Position numbers and translations under genes: made by a program
Shown here: one piece after another, positions 63,952-64,000 of the stretch
Numbering within the stretch: position 1 is the stretch's first letter
How the letters are laid out: each line of letters opens with the position of its first letter
Source: Planctomycetota bacterium
GTDB taxonomy: Bacteria > Planctomycetota > MHYJ01 > WSZJ01
Direction of reading: 5' to 3'
Assembly: GCA_016190145.1 (NCBI GenBank)
Contig: JACPRD010000003.1
Coordinates: 17,617 to 81,616, forward strand
DNA length: 64,000 nt
The notes under the pieces: model-generated
What the model was told of the DNA's origin: nothing
The model's input: only the letters and a program-made list of their open reading frames with translations
Database searches by the model: none

Positions 63952-64000
63952 CGCGGCGGGAGCGGACGCGGAGGCGGGCGGCGAAGACGCGCGGGCGCCG

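Noticed and set aside
1-64000. CRISPR arrays, rRNA, tRNA, tmRNA, integrases and transposases.
   Set aside because: I saw no regularly spaced direct repeats, no cloverleaf-like or rRNA-like segments in the short spacers, and no recombinase-like ORFs. This was a visual scan only, so tRNAscan-SE, Infernal and CRISPR finders should confirm it.

Overview
This is a 64-kb piece of a very GC-rich bacterial chromosome. Hand counts of single 60-nt lines give about 75-80% G+C in most genes. Several patches run nearer 52-62%: about 7.1-8.7 kb, 16.0-18.2 kb, 35.1-38.2 kb and 48.0-55.7 kb. The window is gene-dense, with about 47 protein genes and many 4-nt ATGA/GTGA start/stop overlaps. I recognised no rRNA, tRNA or CRISPR array. 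Because of the GC content, every real gene is shadowed by long Arg/Pro/Gly-rich antisense or off-frame ORFs, and I rejected those. The content points to a Planctomycetota-like or similar lineage, which is an inference only. It includes three intact Hanks-type Ser/Thr kinases (PEGA/FG-GAP, FGE-sulfatase and TPR types), one kinase whose catalytic core is deleted in frame, HEAT-repeat lipoproteins, one classical ECF sigma/anti-sigma pair, and two paralogous sigma factors fused to a TM helix and CarboxypepD_reg repeats. Other genes are a partial CusA/CzcA pump, small VOC/GNAT/SRPBCC/SnoaL enzymes, an M64 peptidase, an AbiEi/AbiEii toxin-antitoxin pair, an AsmA-like protein and an ATP-grasp enzyme. 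Four candidates look most unusual. (1) In the 48-55.7 kb lower-GC patch, two translationally coupled exported proteins carry peptidase-C25-like regions, and the second is fused to a complete LanC-like (lanthionine cyclase-like) domain with no dehydratase or precursor peptide in view. (2) A zinc-ribbon/TM/Mrr_cat-like membrane protein is translationally coupled to an orphan GspE/PilB secretion ATPase, inside a five-gene cluster bracketed by the two sigma fusions. (3) A 4-nt-overlap operon runs exported protein - isopropylmalate-synthase-like enzyme - ClpP-family protein without a catalytic triad. (4) A near-consensus promoter with a 24-bp palindrome sits in front of a lower-GC module of unknown genes. 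All family calls come from motif recognition by eye and need HMM and structure searches.
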